From NCBI GenBank assembly GCA_010093705.1, contig MU006089.1, positions 3,126,061 to 3,190,060 on the forward strand: a stretch of 64,000 nucleotides of DNA. Reading direction: 5' to 3'. A program made the translations under genes and the position numbers. This document shows positions 49,486-61,959 of this stretch, in pieces. Each line of letters opens with the position of its first letter. The first letter of the stretch is position 1. Source of the DNA: Patellaria atrata CBS 101060 (lineage: Eukaryota). The notes below the pieces were generated by a model. The model saw only the letters and a program-made list of their open reading frames with translations. It ran no database searches and was not told where the DNA came from.

Positions 49486-50712
49486 ATGAACTATCCTACA
49501 CTCAAGGCCTTTGGCCTTCAAGCGCAGCAGCATATTCAAGAAACTCAAGGCGAGCACGAAGCACGTAAAACAGCTGGATTTCCTGAATTTGAAGCAACTA
49601 TGCCTTTCCTACCTACTCGCTCGGGTTCCTTATCCGATAACCTGTCCTCCTACTTGGGGAAGCGGAACCCCTTCTATCGTAATGTAGAAGCAAACAAACA
49701 TACCGTCTGGTTGTTCGACAATACCGCATCTCGGCCTGCGCCCAATAAACCATGGCAAGCCGAGTTCGTTGCAGCATATTTTATTAAGAGTAGTGGCAGG
49801 GATGTTAGCACTATCGTGGCTGATATTGCTGAGAAGATCGGTATAGCGAAGGGCGACAAGGCCGAAGCTACCATCGCGGAGCGGATTCAACCACTACTCG
49901 ATACTATTTGTCCAGCTCATAGTGTCACTATCGATGCTGTGGGAGCCGGAATAAAACGTTTAGGACCCAGTAGTCGCGATGGTGTGAGCAATGATATTAT
50001 CCAGTTAAGAGGAGACTTTGCCGACGGGCATACCGCGATATCAGATGCCACTATCAGTGTGACACCGCAGCCTATGACAACTACATTTGCGGATGCGACA
50101 GGATGGGCTGTGATTAGTGATGTCGACGATACTATCAAGAAGACCATGACGGCTTCTCCGGTAGGGATTCTCAAGACTACCTTCGCGGATGACCCAGAGC
50201 CTATCGCTGGTATGCCAGAATTATACAAATACGTGGTCCAAAAGTTGGACAACCCGCCTTTCTGGTACCTCTCTGCCAGCCCTTACAACTTGTACACTTT
50301 TCTCCGCTCCTTTCGCGAAACGTATTACCCTCCTGGAACTCTTCTCCTCCGCGAAGCCTCATGGTGGAATCTTGCTGGATTCCTCGCATCTTTGACCCAG
50401 GGCACGCAAGCATACAAAGTTGATAACATGGAGAAGATACACAAAGATTTCCCTAAGCGTAAATTTTTATGCATAGGTGACAGCACTCAGTCGGACCCAG
50501 AAACTTACGGTGAGATGGCCAGGCGACATCCGGGATGGATTGGAGGAATATTCATCAGGAGAGTACAGAATGTCACCGCGACAGAGGGCAACGACCAAAA
50601 CCACTCAGAGCGGTTTGAGAAAGCCTTTAAGGATGTACCAACGAACATTTGGCATGTATTCGATGACCCATCGGAACTCTATGACTGGATTGACAACCTC
50701 TTGGCTGCTTAG
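49486..50712 (+). CDS. App1-type phosphatidate phosphatase catalytic-domain protein (HAD-like)
   Basis: VISDVDDTIK (DxDxT), YLSASPYNLY, IGDSTQSDPETY and IFIR. Intronless. Confidence 0.88.
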   Translation: MNYPTLKAFGLQAQQHIQETQGEHEARKTAGFPEFEATMPFLPTRSGSLSDNLSSYLGKRNPFYRNVEANKHTVWLFDNTASRPAPNKPWQAEFVAAYFIKSSGRDVSTIVADIAEKIGIAKGDKAEATIAERIQPLLDTICPAHSVTIDAVGAGIKRLGPSSRDGVSNDIIQLRGDFADGHTAISDATISVTPQPMTTTFADATGWAVISDVDDTIKKTMTASPVGILKTTFADDPEPIAGMPELYKYVVQKLDNPPFWYLSASPYNLYTFLRSFRETYYPPGTLLLREASWWNLAGFLASLTQGTQAYKVDNMEKIHKDFPKRKFLCIGDSTQSDPETYGEMARRHPGWIGGIFIRRVQNVTATEGNDQNHSERFEKAFKDVPTNIWHVFDDPSELYDWIDNLLAA

Positions 50713-51346
50713 ATACCCATTTTTACATGCATGAGGTCAATGTTTCCCTTTTTTTCTTTCCTGGGTGGTATTCTTCTGTTCCCGTCTTACAATAATCATT
50801 CTTTTTACCTCTTATCAGGGGTTTGTTTGACCCACGGCATTTTTAAAGAAACTATCTTTCACTGGTTTGATGTCATTTTACATCCGATCTTTTTGCATTA
50901 TAGTACAATATGTATACGCTCTGAATAGTATCTTTGAACAGGTTTCGACTTTTAAGAATGCAATTATTCGTTTTCTACATATTTACTGCGTTCCTCGTAC
51001 TCAGCGACATAAGTGTAATGAACGTCTCAATGATTGTCGTACGCACCGATGCTCCAGCGTTACTATGAATACTAGTCAACTTTGCTGAAGAAAACTAAAA
51101 GAGAAGCATCATACCGTCGAATCAGCTGCACTACACCGACAGTTACCCCCTTCGAAATTCAGACGACTGATAAGGGTCAGATGCTGAAGATCCTAGCCAA
51201 AACCGACTAGTCCATATCGGGCGTGTTGCATAAAATCTTCGAACATCGAGGGCGAGAAAACGCAATCGCTTGCAGAAATGGTTCAGCCTAGCTCAGCCCT
51301 ATCGTGATTAATACGAACCATCAGTTTGCATCGCGCGCCATCTATA

Positions 51347-51940
51347 CTAAAAGCTGATGTTCTTCCAGATCTTGATGTAGCTTACTACGTCATGCAACTC
51401 TAGCATCACCGGCAGCTCAACGGTTCCGTTCAACCTTGGCAGCTCGACGATCTCGTCTCCTGAGTCGAAACGGTTGCGGATGACCATCACGAGGTCCTTA
51501 TCGTTGAGCCCAGCGATGTACAGCTTGACCACCAACGGCCTCCATTTCTGCTCAAGGTCGTAATATATTCCCCTCGCATCCTGGGTATAGGTCGCTAGGT
51601 TGAGTTCGCCTTGCTCGAGGTCGGCGAGCTCATCGAGAGACAGCTCGTACGATGACGGTGGATCATGCTCGAATTTTTTCTCCAGCGCCTCGGTGCTTTT
51701 TTCGAACGTGTCCTTGTCCTCGTCCGGGAGCTGATCATACCAATCCTTTGCTTCGCCCACCAAATGGTCCTCTAAAAGTATCAAATTGTGTATGTCAGCT
51801 TCCTCCTCGAGAAGGTCGGGCAAATCGTCCATATAGAGGATTCTGGCTGTTAGGCGAAACCGCGTTGCCCATCCCACCGCATCTTCAGACTCCTGGCCAC
51901 CGAACTTTTCGAGTTTAAGAGGGGGTGCCGGTGGGGTCAT
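51347..51940 (-). CDS. Stand-alone Ty3/gypsy-type Gag capsid-like protein (197 aa)
   Basis: KFGGQESEDAVGWATRF, HLVGEAKDWY, TFEKSTEALEKKF, LADLEQGELNLATY (MHR-like) and LYIAGL in canonical order. Intact ORF. No CCHC knuckle, protease or pol downstream. Confidence 0.75.
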   Translation of the reverse strand: MTPPAPPLKLEKFGGQESEDAVGWATRFRLTARILYMDDLPDLLEEEADIHNLILLEDHLVGEAKDWYDQLPDEDKDTFEKSTEALEKKFEHDPPSSYELSLDELADLEQGELNLATYTQDARGIYYDLEQKWRPLVVKLYIAGLNDKDLVMVIRNRFDSGDEIVELPRLNGTVELPVMLELHDVVSYIKIWKNISF

Positions 51941-53121
51941 CGGACAAATGAATGTATTTAGTAACCGTCGGATTAGTAGTGATAAGAGTGAGTGATTTTT
52001 GACTTCTGTCAAGTATGGATATACGGAGAAAACATGTGTAGGTTAATTGACGATTCGCGTGGAATTGTTTGGAGTTATTGTTTAGAATAGATGTGAAACT
52101 ATACATGGTAAACTGCAACTGCCCTGCTGGACTATTATGAGTCTATTTGCGCAACTTAGGAGGGAAAGATCGAATGTATGTCAATGTGAAATTGGAAATC
52201 ACAGCGGAATCAACTGGGGCTCGCTGGAACGGTATCTCGTCCTAAACCACTACGGAACATCGGGTACTATGGAGTCTTTTTCTCGGTAGCGGGACATCCA
52301 ACCGTTCCTTACATTCGGAGTTCTGAGAGAAGCGTTCATAGAAAGAAAGAATGACTTATATAAAAAGGAATTCACTTCGGACAAGTATCTACCGTAGACA
52401 GCAACGATAATTTTGAAACACCATCGGACTTATACCTCACGTCTATAACATCAACACTCGTTATTCTGCTTGGCTTGGTCGGAAAATATTATTGCGTTCA
52501 CCATTTTCCGGGGCTCGATATCCTTGGGTGCATAAAAGGTTTTATTACGGTAGTCATCACATTATGTACGTATTGGTACATAAATGGAAGGAGCAAAAGC
52601 AAAGGGTCCCTATTCGAGAACAAACGATATTGAGTTAGGATAAGGGGGAATGTTGGGGAGCGTGGTGGGCAGGGCCCTTTGTCTAGTCGTAACGTCGTCT
52701 GACGGGATTAGCTAGACGAGGGACGAGCCAGAGATGGGGATAGAGAGGTGGAGGATTGGGGAGAAATGAATGGTGAGGAATGTTGCTGTGTATTCCTCCT
52801 GCTTAGTATTTCTCGAGGGCCATGAACTCGGGAGGTTATGGTAAGCTGAGGAATAAACTATTCGAGACGAACGGGGCATATAATCCGATTGAGGAAGCAC
52901 ATTGACAATGGTTATCAGAATGTCATTCACATTTCACTTGTTCTTTAAATGGTCCCCTAAGACTCTTCGAGCCCTGAGGTAAAGTTACAAGATTTGTGGA
53001 CTCACAGTCCGAGGAATGCACACGACTACATTAGATGCTATGTCGTAAACGGACAATTGAAAACAATTACAGGAAACATGCTGGAAAAAACTGGGCAATC
53101 GCATCTAAATTCATATATACC

Positions 53122-54707
53122 TCATCTTCGCACCGACTCGTGCGCCTTGAGCGGATCATCCCGATATGTATTCGGAGGTAATTCGTACTGCATTCCCGGA
53201 TTATACGGCTGCCAGTTACCCTGCATTTCAACAGGCGAGGTGGGACGTCCGTATGGCGCCTGCATCATCGGTGGAGGACTCGTGTTCATGGGAGTTCCCA
53301 TCCCCTGATGCTGCGTATACACCTCCGGGCCGTGATCGTAATATGGCTGCTGCGGATAGCCGTGATGCAGCGCAGGATTCATTCCCATCCCAGGGCCAGA
53401 AGCTCCGACAGGGCCTTGAGCTTGCTTGTTCTTCTTCGAACGCCGCCAAAAGAAGAAAAGGAGGCCGAGGATTAGCGCAACGGCTGCTGCTGTGCCGAGG
53501 CCGATGCCGACTGCTGCGCCGGTCGATAGACCATCATCGCCACCTTTGGAACTGGTAGAAGTTGGATCGGATGGATCGGTCCCTGTGGAATCTGCTGAGT
53601 CCCCTGTGCGAGTTGGGTCTGGTGCATCAGTATTCTCCGCGCCCCGCGTAATTGTTACCATTCGCGTTGACGTAACTGTTGTATCGGCATCAACGAAAGT
53701 TGTCGCAACCCGTTGCTCTTGAACCGTTCTTGTGAGGGTGTCCGTGCTAGTCAAAGTAGATACTATTGTCGTATCTATTGTGGTAGTTGCTGTTGCGGTC
53801 ACTGTTTCATAGATAGTGTTGGTGTTTTGCCTTTTTACGAGCAATCCGATCCTGGAAAGCTTCTCTGAAAGTGCGTCAAGGTTCGGAGACGTTAGAAGAG
53901 TCACAATCGCAGGATCAGACTGCGTTTTGGTACGGATCGGAGCGTAGATGGATTGTGTAAGAGGTAACTGATTTAATGTCGCATGTGCCCGTGGCTTTGC
54001 TCTTGCGGCAGCAGTCCGTTTGGCACGTCGCTCCTCTAATGTTGTAGTGCGGTCTACGACAACAGTAGCCGTATCGACATCTGATGCTGTCACCATTCTA
54101 GTACTGTATTCTGTCTGAGTAATAGTTTGGGTGATAAATTCTGTGTCGAAGGACGTGTGGTAGTCGTATTCCGAACTCCAGAAAGTGGACGTTATTGTCG
54201 AGGTTACTCTGCGACTCATTAGATTTTCATTATCCAAGAATGATTAAGAAGTACCTACTCTGGCGACACACAGCCGGTAGAACGACAAAACTCGAATTCA
54301 CTACAGCATCCACTGCTAGATGCAGGACAGCAGATGAATCCCGTCGCTTGACAGCAGTAATCGATATTGCCATTCGCACAGCAGATGCCGCATCCTGTAC
54401 ATGTACCACCTCCTGAACATGTTCGAATACCATTCGAATCGCAATCTCCCTGTCTCTTTTCTAATACCGACGGAGGGAGTGGAGAGGATCCAGGACGGAT
54501 TGTAGGTTGTATTTGAGCTTTGATTGTGGATGTTGATTGTGCTGAGGGATACAATTGTGGCCCATATTCTGCGACTAGGTTTTGGATTGCTGTAGCATTG
54601 TCAAAGTTCAAGTTGATTTGTAATTCAAGGTCGTCTAGAAGTGTAGAAGTCGTGAAACTTATGAGAGAGAGAAGGGCTATAAGGCGAATATATGAAGGCG
54701 TCTCCAT
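53122..54707 (-). CDS. Secretory-pathway single-pass membrane protein: Cys-rich domain, Thr-rich stalk, Mid2-like TM, Pro/Gln/Tyr tail
   Basis: Signal peptide METPSYIRLIALLSLISF. Cys cluster after LEKR. Intron 54258-54209 joins the two ORFs. TM GLSTGAAVGIGLGTAAAVALILGLLFFFWRR. Confidence 0.82.
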
Positions 54708-56963
54708 TGCCCTTTTGCGCTTTGCACTCTCTTTTCGAAGAGAGTACAATAGGTTCTGTCACTGCAGGACTTCCATCAAGAAGAAAAGTCCGTCGAGAAA
54801 TCCAGATCGGTTGAAATTGAGGTGGATACCGTACGATCAACGGTTTTCCAAAGGGATGCAGGGCGGTACCCTGTGTTCCGGCGCGTAGACATGATAAATT
54901 TATAAGCGTACCTCCATCTGGGACGTGCTGGCGGACATTTCTGCCAATGATACAAGATGTCTTTGGACCCCACGATGCTTTGGTTTCTGTTTCTGCTCGG
55001 GTAGTCGAAAACAAAGTAAAGGTTTGGGGGACTCACGGGAAGGATTTTCTCTAACCCAAAGTCCAGATGGGATACTAGTGGGATGAGCTTTGATACGTTG
55101 ATAAAACAAAATGAATTCCGCCAGACAAGGTTATGCATCCGAAAGAAATGTCTCGAACCAACCACATCTCCGGAAGAATGGTCGACCCCACAGATCCAAA
55201 CACCTTATCCAGACATATCAGGCGTTTGAATGCCGTAAAAGAAGATTTTGTACTCCGTACAGTAACGATGTCTGTTTCTGCACTTCTCTGTAGTTACGCT
55301 TGCCATATACTCATCGGGGACACTCGGAGCTAGATATCTGAAGGTTTCTCCTGTATATGAAGGTGTTGTACAATACTGGACAGTAAAGCAGGACCACAGC
55401 TTTTAATAAGTCCTTCGATTTGTGAGGTCTGCTCTTCATCCGGTTCCGCGGGGTCTGGACCTGGTTTAAGAGCATCGTTTAGTACCCCGACCTGTGCCGA
55501 TAAGACTTTCTTATGTGCTAGCCATAACAGCTGAAGATGATCGATACCTAGTGATACTTATTAGCACGCTTAGTTCTAGTTCTAACGCATAATAAGACTA
55601 GCTAACAGTTTGGCGTTTCGACCCTAAGGAAGCTTGTACTTAACGAATATCTGGAGATTTAATAAGAGAACTGTGAACAGCCTCGTACTACTGATGTGCT
55701 ATAGACATTACCTTATAGTTGTATAGACCTGATGTAAAATGAGAAGGAATGACTTTCCATTAGATTCTTAAATGAAAAGAGTCATCGGGAAATTGGTAAG
55801 GGAATCGGTAAGGTGCAACTTCAGAACGGCTCGCGCGAGACAACTTAGAAGATACCTATTCGTGTATAAGAATAGGGTATCCCCACTCTGGTCGACACAA
55901 AAACTTCGGGTGGGTCGGGTGAGCTTATGTGTATTCTAGTTGTAACATTCCGGTCTAATTTAGGGTACCTCTCACCGCGTCTCAACTTTAAATCGACCGT
56001 CACACCCAAAAACTTACAGTACAATCATGCAGATAGTTGATTACGCAACCAATCACCCTCTATACTCCTCACGCTGACAGTCCCTAAATTCCCTATGGAC
56101 CGCTCAATGGAGATGCCATCCTCTTTCTACTACCCTTAGAGCTGGTCCCTAGAACGAGATCAACGATTTCAAATGAGGGAAATATCAGCTCATGATTCCC
56201 TAGTACAGATATTATTGATCGTTTATCTTAAAAACAAGGAACAACAGCAGGAGAAAGAGAAAAAGAAAGGGACTTATGATATTGAAGCGTACACATACTC
56301 GCCTCTTAATGTTAGTTATAGAACATTTCCAAAGGCGTTAAGGGGCTCTTCCAAGACACTCTCAATGACCATTTGTCCCAAATTCCATAGTTCTGTTAGA
56401 TCGTTACCTTTATTCCAAACTTCCTCAGCTTAGGGATACTGAACAGTATGGAGTAGAGGGCTGATGTCCCGGCAAAATCAACGAGTCACACTGTTAGAAC
56501 TAACTTGTCTCATGAAACAACTCGGACATGGCCATCAATCTTTTGTACAGCAGTAGCGTTCTTTATCTACAACAAAACATTGATATGCATTTGGGAGTTG
56601 CTTTAAAACCCACAATGCATTGCATCTTACCTGGTGTACATACCCCGCAGATGTACTTATATACATACCTCTTCGGCATTGCGAACAGCGCCGGACACAG
56701 CGTCTTTAATACTCTATACCCTTGATAAAAATAGTATGCAAGGCCCATCACATTCCATTATTAGCTGTACCTTGCCTCAATACGTCACTTAGAGCTATTC
56801 TACGGGCTAAATCCTTAGTATATAACGATGCAGCCCAGAATGGTCGCTACAATTTTTCCTTGTACTGTTACTTTACAATTCCGGATCATACGCCGTATAC
56901 GAGGGTACTGGACCAGCAGTTCATATAGTTCTTGAGAATCGAATCACGTTACGTCCCGCCGCC

Positions 56964-58386
56964 ATGGCTTCGAGTACGCGGCGTCTTGATCAATTGGCTG
57001 CATCAGTCTCCTCTTCTGCAGCCATTTTAGGGGAATACCTCGAATCCCGAAACTTACCTCAACCTTCCGTTAATGTGGGTGGTCTAGCGGGATATTCGGG
57101 TTTGCCGCCTGATATTTCGACGGCAAGGAGAAGTCTGCAGGAATCTGTGCTCGAACTAGCTTACCTAGCTTCTGGCCCTCAGGAATACATGATTCGGTAC
57201 ACCACTGAAGTGCGTTTTCAATTCTGTATCTACATGCTATACCCTGATCTCTGTTGCAGTATGTGGGGATTACCGCGTTGCGGTGGATTTATCACTTCAG
57301 AATTTTCGAACATGTTCCACTGGATGGAGTGGTATCTTATAAAGAGCTTGCTAAATTAGCTGGTCAAGATGAAAGAACATTAAAAAGGATTGTTAGGCGC
57401 GCGATCCTGAATAGATTCTTCATTGAGCCACGCCCAGGTTATATCGCGCATACGAGCTCAACTGCACTCTTACTGAAAGATTCTGATGTTCGGGACATGG
57501 TAGGTCTAATGATTGAGGAAGGCTTTGATTCTAGTACCAGGTATTCGGAAGCCTACGAAAAATGGGGTCCAAGCAATAGCGCTACAGAGACCGCATTCCA
57601 GTTAGCTTTTCAAACAGATCTTAAGTATTTTGATTGGCTAGAGCAGAGACCCGAAAATTTGCGTCGTTTTGGAGGTATGATGAAAGCTCATGGCACCAAT
57701 GAGAGCTATTCTAGCGAAAACTTCGTCAAAGTCTTCAACTGGAGTTTGATCGGAGAGGGTAAAGTAGTGGATGTAAGTAGGAAAGTATCCATCTACCAAT
57801 TTGAGAACTGATAATAGAAGATCGGCGGCGGACTTGGGCACATGAGCATTGCCATCGCAAAGGAGTTCCCGAACATCAAGTTCGTCGTGCAAGACTTCCC
57901 CGATACTGCAAAGCAGGGAGCCGAACGTTGCTCTGAAGAGCTTAGAGACAGAATCTCTTTCGAAGGTTATGATTTTTTTAACCCACAGCCAGTCGAGGGA
58001 GCGGACATATATATGCTCAAAGCGGTATTACATGATCATCCCGATCCTGACGTAGAAAAGATAATCAGAAACACGGTTACAGCCATGCGGCCAGGATCGA
58101 GGATCCTCATAATTGACGGTGTCCTCCCTGAACCAGGTGCAATGCATCCAGTTGAAGAACGCGCTGTCAGGTAGGTGCATCCCGATTCGATGTTGTGGAT
58201 GGCTTGGATCTCACCAGCTACAGGAGCCTTGATCTTCAGATGGGTATGTTCTTCAACGCCGGCGAAAGAGACCCAGAGCAATGGTGCAGCGTTATCGCCA
58301 ACTCTGATCCAAGATTGAAGGTCAAAAGTATTAACAGGGTTCCGGGAAATGTTAGTTCTGGTATAGAAGTAGTGTTCGAACCCTAA
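56964..58386 (+). CDS. SAM-dependent O-methyltransferase (Methyltransf_2, fungal secondary-metabolism type)
   Basis: Introns 57210-57259, 57773-57820 and 58171-58223. Motifs VVD/IGGGLGH, VVQD, YDFFNPQP, VLHDHPD and NAGERD. Confidence 0.92.
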
Positions 58387-58643
58387 AATGTGAGAGAAGA
58401 GCGTAAAACACGTTCTATATCGAAACGTTAAGTTGTATCCCCTATAAACCTAAAATGGAAGATGGGGATTTTAATCTATGAATAATAGAGATCATCATGA
58501 TAGTCCTTGTATGTCGTTCACGCAGTTTAAATCAACTGGTGCTATTACATTATATGATTGATGAAGCCACAATAACACATCGAGAAACGTAGAAAAGAGA
58601 CTCATAATACGCATGAAGGGATTCCGAATCGCTATTGATCGCT

Positions 58644-59492
58644 TTATTTTTGGCCCACTGCAACCAGAGCCTTCACCCTCACCCTCTCGATAACGTCCTC
58701 TTCCTCGACAAACCAGCCTTCGATCTCTCCCATCTCCATCTCCGCTACAACAACATCCTGAGCATCATCCCACCTGTCTTCATCGTACTGTGTCCACCCA
58801 CCTGCAGGTTCGCCGTAATACCCCCAAGCCCAACGTGACCAAGTACAGAAGCAATCTTGCTCTATCCAAGCCTCTTTTTCAATGAACTCCACGTTCTCCC
58901 ACGCAGCGTCCCTAACGATGTTCTGGACAAGCTGCGTATCGTTGACCTGATCTCTAGCTAACCTTGGTGGTAGAGGCGCATCAGCTCCCCGAGTGCTGTA
59001 GTGTGCTTTAGTTAGCGCCTTAATCCACGGTTTTTCAGTCCATACAGCAACCGCAGCTGTCCCGCCGGGTTTCAACGTGCGCCAGATGTGCTTTGCTGCA
59101 CCGATGGCATCCGGATGGTTATCTAGGGCGAAGCCAGTATAGCTGATGTCTATACTCTCGTCAGGGAAATAGAGTTCAGCCGGATCGACCTCTGATGCCA
59201 TCACAGGCCAGTCTCCGTGCTTGGCCAGCTTTGATTTGAGGTGTCTGAAGAGCGTGGTGTTGTTGTCGGTAGCTATGATCTTGAGGCCGGTAGGCGGATC
59301 GGAGGCGATGACTTCCTCGGTCATGGAGCCGGACCCGCACCCGTTGTCATGGAATATGGTTGTGGAAGTAAGCTCAGGAAGGTGTGGGAGGATATCGCCA
59401 GCGAGAGCGTTAGTGACATTGTCGGTGAGTTTCTGGAGAGTTTCGCCGGTGATCTTGGGAAGTTGTTTGGGTATGAACATTGAACGAGACAT
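58644..59492 (-). CDS. Class I SAM-dependent methyltransferase
   Basis: 282-aa ORF with motif I FHDNGCGSG, IIATD, FPDESID and RTLKPGG. Confidence 0.85.
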   Translation of the reverse strand: MSRSMFIPKQLPKITGETLQKLTDNVTNALAGDILPHLPELTSTTIFHDNGCGSGSMTEEVIASDPPTGLKIIATDNNTTLFRHLKSKLAKHGDWPVMASEVDPAELYFPDESIDISYTGFALDNHPDAIGAAKHIWRTLKPGGTAAVAVWTEKPWIKALTKAHYSTRGADAPLPPRLARDQVNDTQLVQNIVRDAAWENVEFIEKEAWIEQDCFCTWSRWAWGYYGEPAGGWTQYDEDRWDDAQDVVVAEMEMGEIEGWFVEEEDVIERVRVKALVAVGQK

Positions 59493-61050
59493 ATCTGCTG
59501 ACTAGGATGCGTAAATAGATAGAGCCAAAAGCAAGTAGTAATGACCGGTTATACAGTCTTTTATGGCAGATTATCTACTGGCTCTGGAAGTGATACGAGT
59601 CAGAAATTGAATGGATTTATATCCTGCATAGCTCTTATATAAGTAATGTATATCCCGTCTCAGGTATTCATCTTGTACGCGTTTCGCTTTGCTGGATTCT
59701 CCTTGGCTACTCCTAGAAGGCCATTTGTCACACACATCGATGCTTTGTGGTCTTCTTGAGCCATTAGTACGGCGCAGAAGTGAGAAAGTAGTCGGGATTG
59801 CGTGGGATCACCTGCGGTGTGTTCCATTCTCTAGGTTATGTATCCGTGCCGAATCTTCATCATACTTGAGATTAGGTGGAAAGGGTGAAGCTCCATACTA
59901 TATTCCTCACCGCAACGATGGATAAGGAAGATAAAAACGTATACATTAGACGTCATCTCGGGTCTACCATACATCTATAGTTTAGCTCTGTCAATATCCC
60001 GGGCGATGGGGTCTCCGATGTACTTTGTGCACCAGTTCGCATAGCGGACGAAATGGCGCGGTAACCTTAAATCCATCTAGATTTCGAAGCTCCATTTATG
60101 ATATACAATGAGATCCAGGTGCATAGCTTCCGGATTTACTGTAGATAGCAGTTCAGAGCTCACACAAATCCCTAGGGTATAATTTATGCTCAATGGTCGG
60201 TTTGACAACGTTGGTTGTTGTTGATAGAAATGTTCTGAATGGCTGAACCTAGACCTAGGTCTGATCAGTATCTTCACTAGCTGTAAGTATGCTAGCTCGG
60301 GAGTCTTTTCAGAGCTTAATTTCAACCCATCGTTCTATATGAATTCCTATCTCTTGTATTATCTTTACAATACCTTTCTTATTTCGATAATCTATTCGCG
60401 GATTGTGCGCATTTGCTAACGTAGAGGCCATTCAAAGCAGGGTTTTCAATCTCCATTGCATCAAAGCTCTTCATCTATGTGGATGGAGTACTAGCAGCAT
60501 AAACGGGAATCGATACTCACCAACACGATTTCTCTGCGCCTAATATAACGTCGGGAACTGGGAGATTCACAAGTCCACTGTTTAAGATGATGATTGTGAG
60601 GAATCTGTAAAAGGCGGATTGAAAATGCGGATTAAGACTGGTGAACCCAATGCTTTAACCATGCTTATATTCTTGATCAGAACTTTATAATATTTCTTGA
60701 CAATCAGTCTCTTTCATTTGCCGTAGATTACTCTTAACTGCTCTCCGTGCTTCCTTATATACTTTACGCTCTGTCCGCCCCTCCCCTTCCGCATATCTAT
60801 TCGATCTTCTAAGTTGACACCTTTCCCATTCGTCTTCTCCATCACCTCTAGGTAAAAAAAAACTTTAGTATACTTAGAATTCCATTTTCCTATATAGCAA
60901 AATAATTCTCTACTGCTATTCTATGGGCTTCTGTTTAATATCACCAAGCAGAGCAAAAAAAAAAAAAAAAGGAATCTCTCTTTTAATACGGCCCGTCCCT
61001 CCGTATCTCCCTCAGGGCACAATCCTGAGACCTCCCCCCATTCTCGGCTT

Positions 61051-61147
61051 TGGCAACGCCGGGAATCGAACCCGTGGCGCCGGGGAGACCACAACACTTG
61101 GATGACATGATGCAAACCTGGGGCTCACACCACTTGACCACCGTGTG
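61051..61147 (-). tRNA. Degenerate intron-containing tRNA-like gene (apparent anticodon TGC); probable pseudo-tRNA
   Basis: A-box-like TGGTCAAGTGG, perfect B-box/T-loop GGTTCGATTCC, anticodon arm CCAGG-TTTGCA-[~25 nt]-C-CCCGG and 3' CGTTGCCA. The acceptor stem pairs poorly and the other stems carry mismatches. Confidence 0.6.
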
Positions 61148-61959
61148 GATTTATATGAAAGCTTTTTATCTATTCAAGAATATATAAGGACCTGATCTGA
61201 TTTCCGGTGGGGTAAGTTAGGCGATGCGGAAGTCGTGTAGATTTGCTGCGAGCTTTGCAGTAGGCGATGTCTACTCTTCCACTCACAACTATTATAGAGT
61301 TTCATGATCAATCACTTTGATCTTGTAGGTAGTTTATGTGAGTCGCCTGAAGCAGGTATCATACTCGTTATACGAAAGTGTCAAGTTTCATTCCAAAAGC
61401 TCTTATCAGGAAGACAGGAACGTATGACGATTTGGGTGTGAAATCCTTTTTGCCCACCAACGACAAGACTACAGCATCCTTCTGCATACCGTGGATAGAG
61501 GTTGTTCGCATTATTTATCATTCAATCCTCTTTGAGCAATTCAATATCCTTTATCGTATCAAAGAATACCTGATAAAGTAAGACTTGTGGTTACAGGAAA
61601 GAAGGCACTATTCATCGTATGCGACACGATGCTGTATCTCCGGATGTACAGAAGACTCATTAACTTAAGCACATTCCAAAGCGGCAGAGGCATACTCGAC
61701 ACTTGATGAAGACTAACGAAGGCTTTTTCACTCAGTCGAACCCAAGCTTATCATATCATAACTCCAATTGAACGAATACTAAATATTCACTCTTTGATAA
61801 ATCAACATCACAGATGTACCAGTACAACGCCCAGCGCTTGAATCTCTCAGGCAATAGTCCAATCATATTTCTCCATTGACGATCCTTCATCATCTCGCAT
61901 GAAAGCGAGGCAAAAGCAAACAGACTCATCCACGGTACTCACACTCATGGCGACAGGAA

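Noticed and set aside
50713..53121. Full LTR retrotransposon around the gag-like ORF
   Set aside because: No LTR pair, primer-binding site, protease, RT or integrase motifs found by eye.
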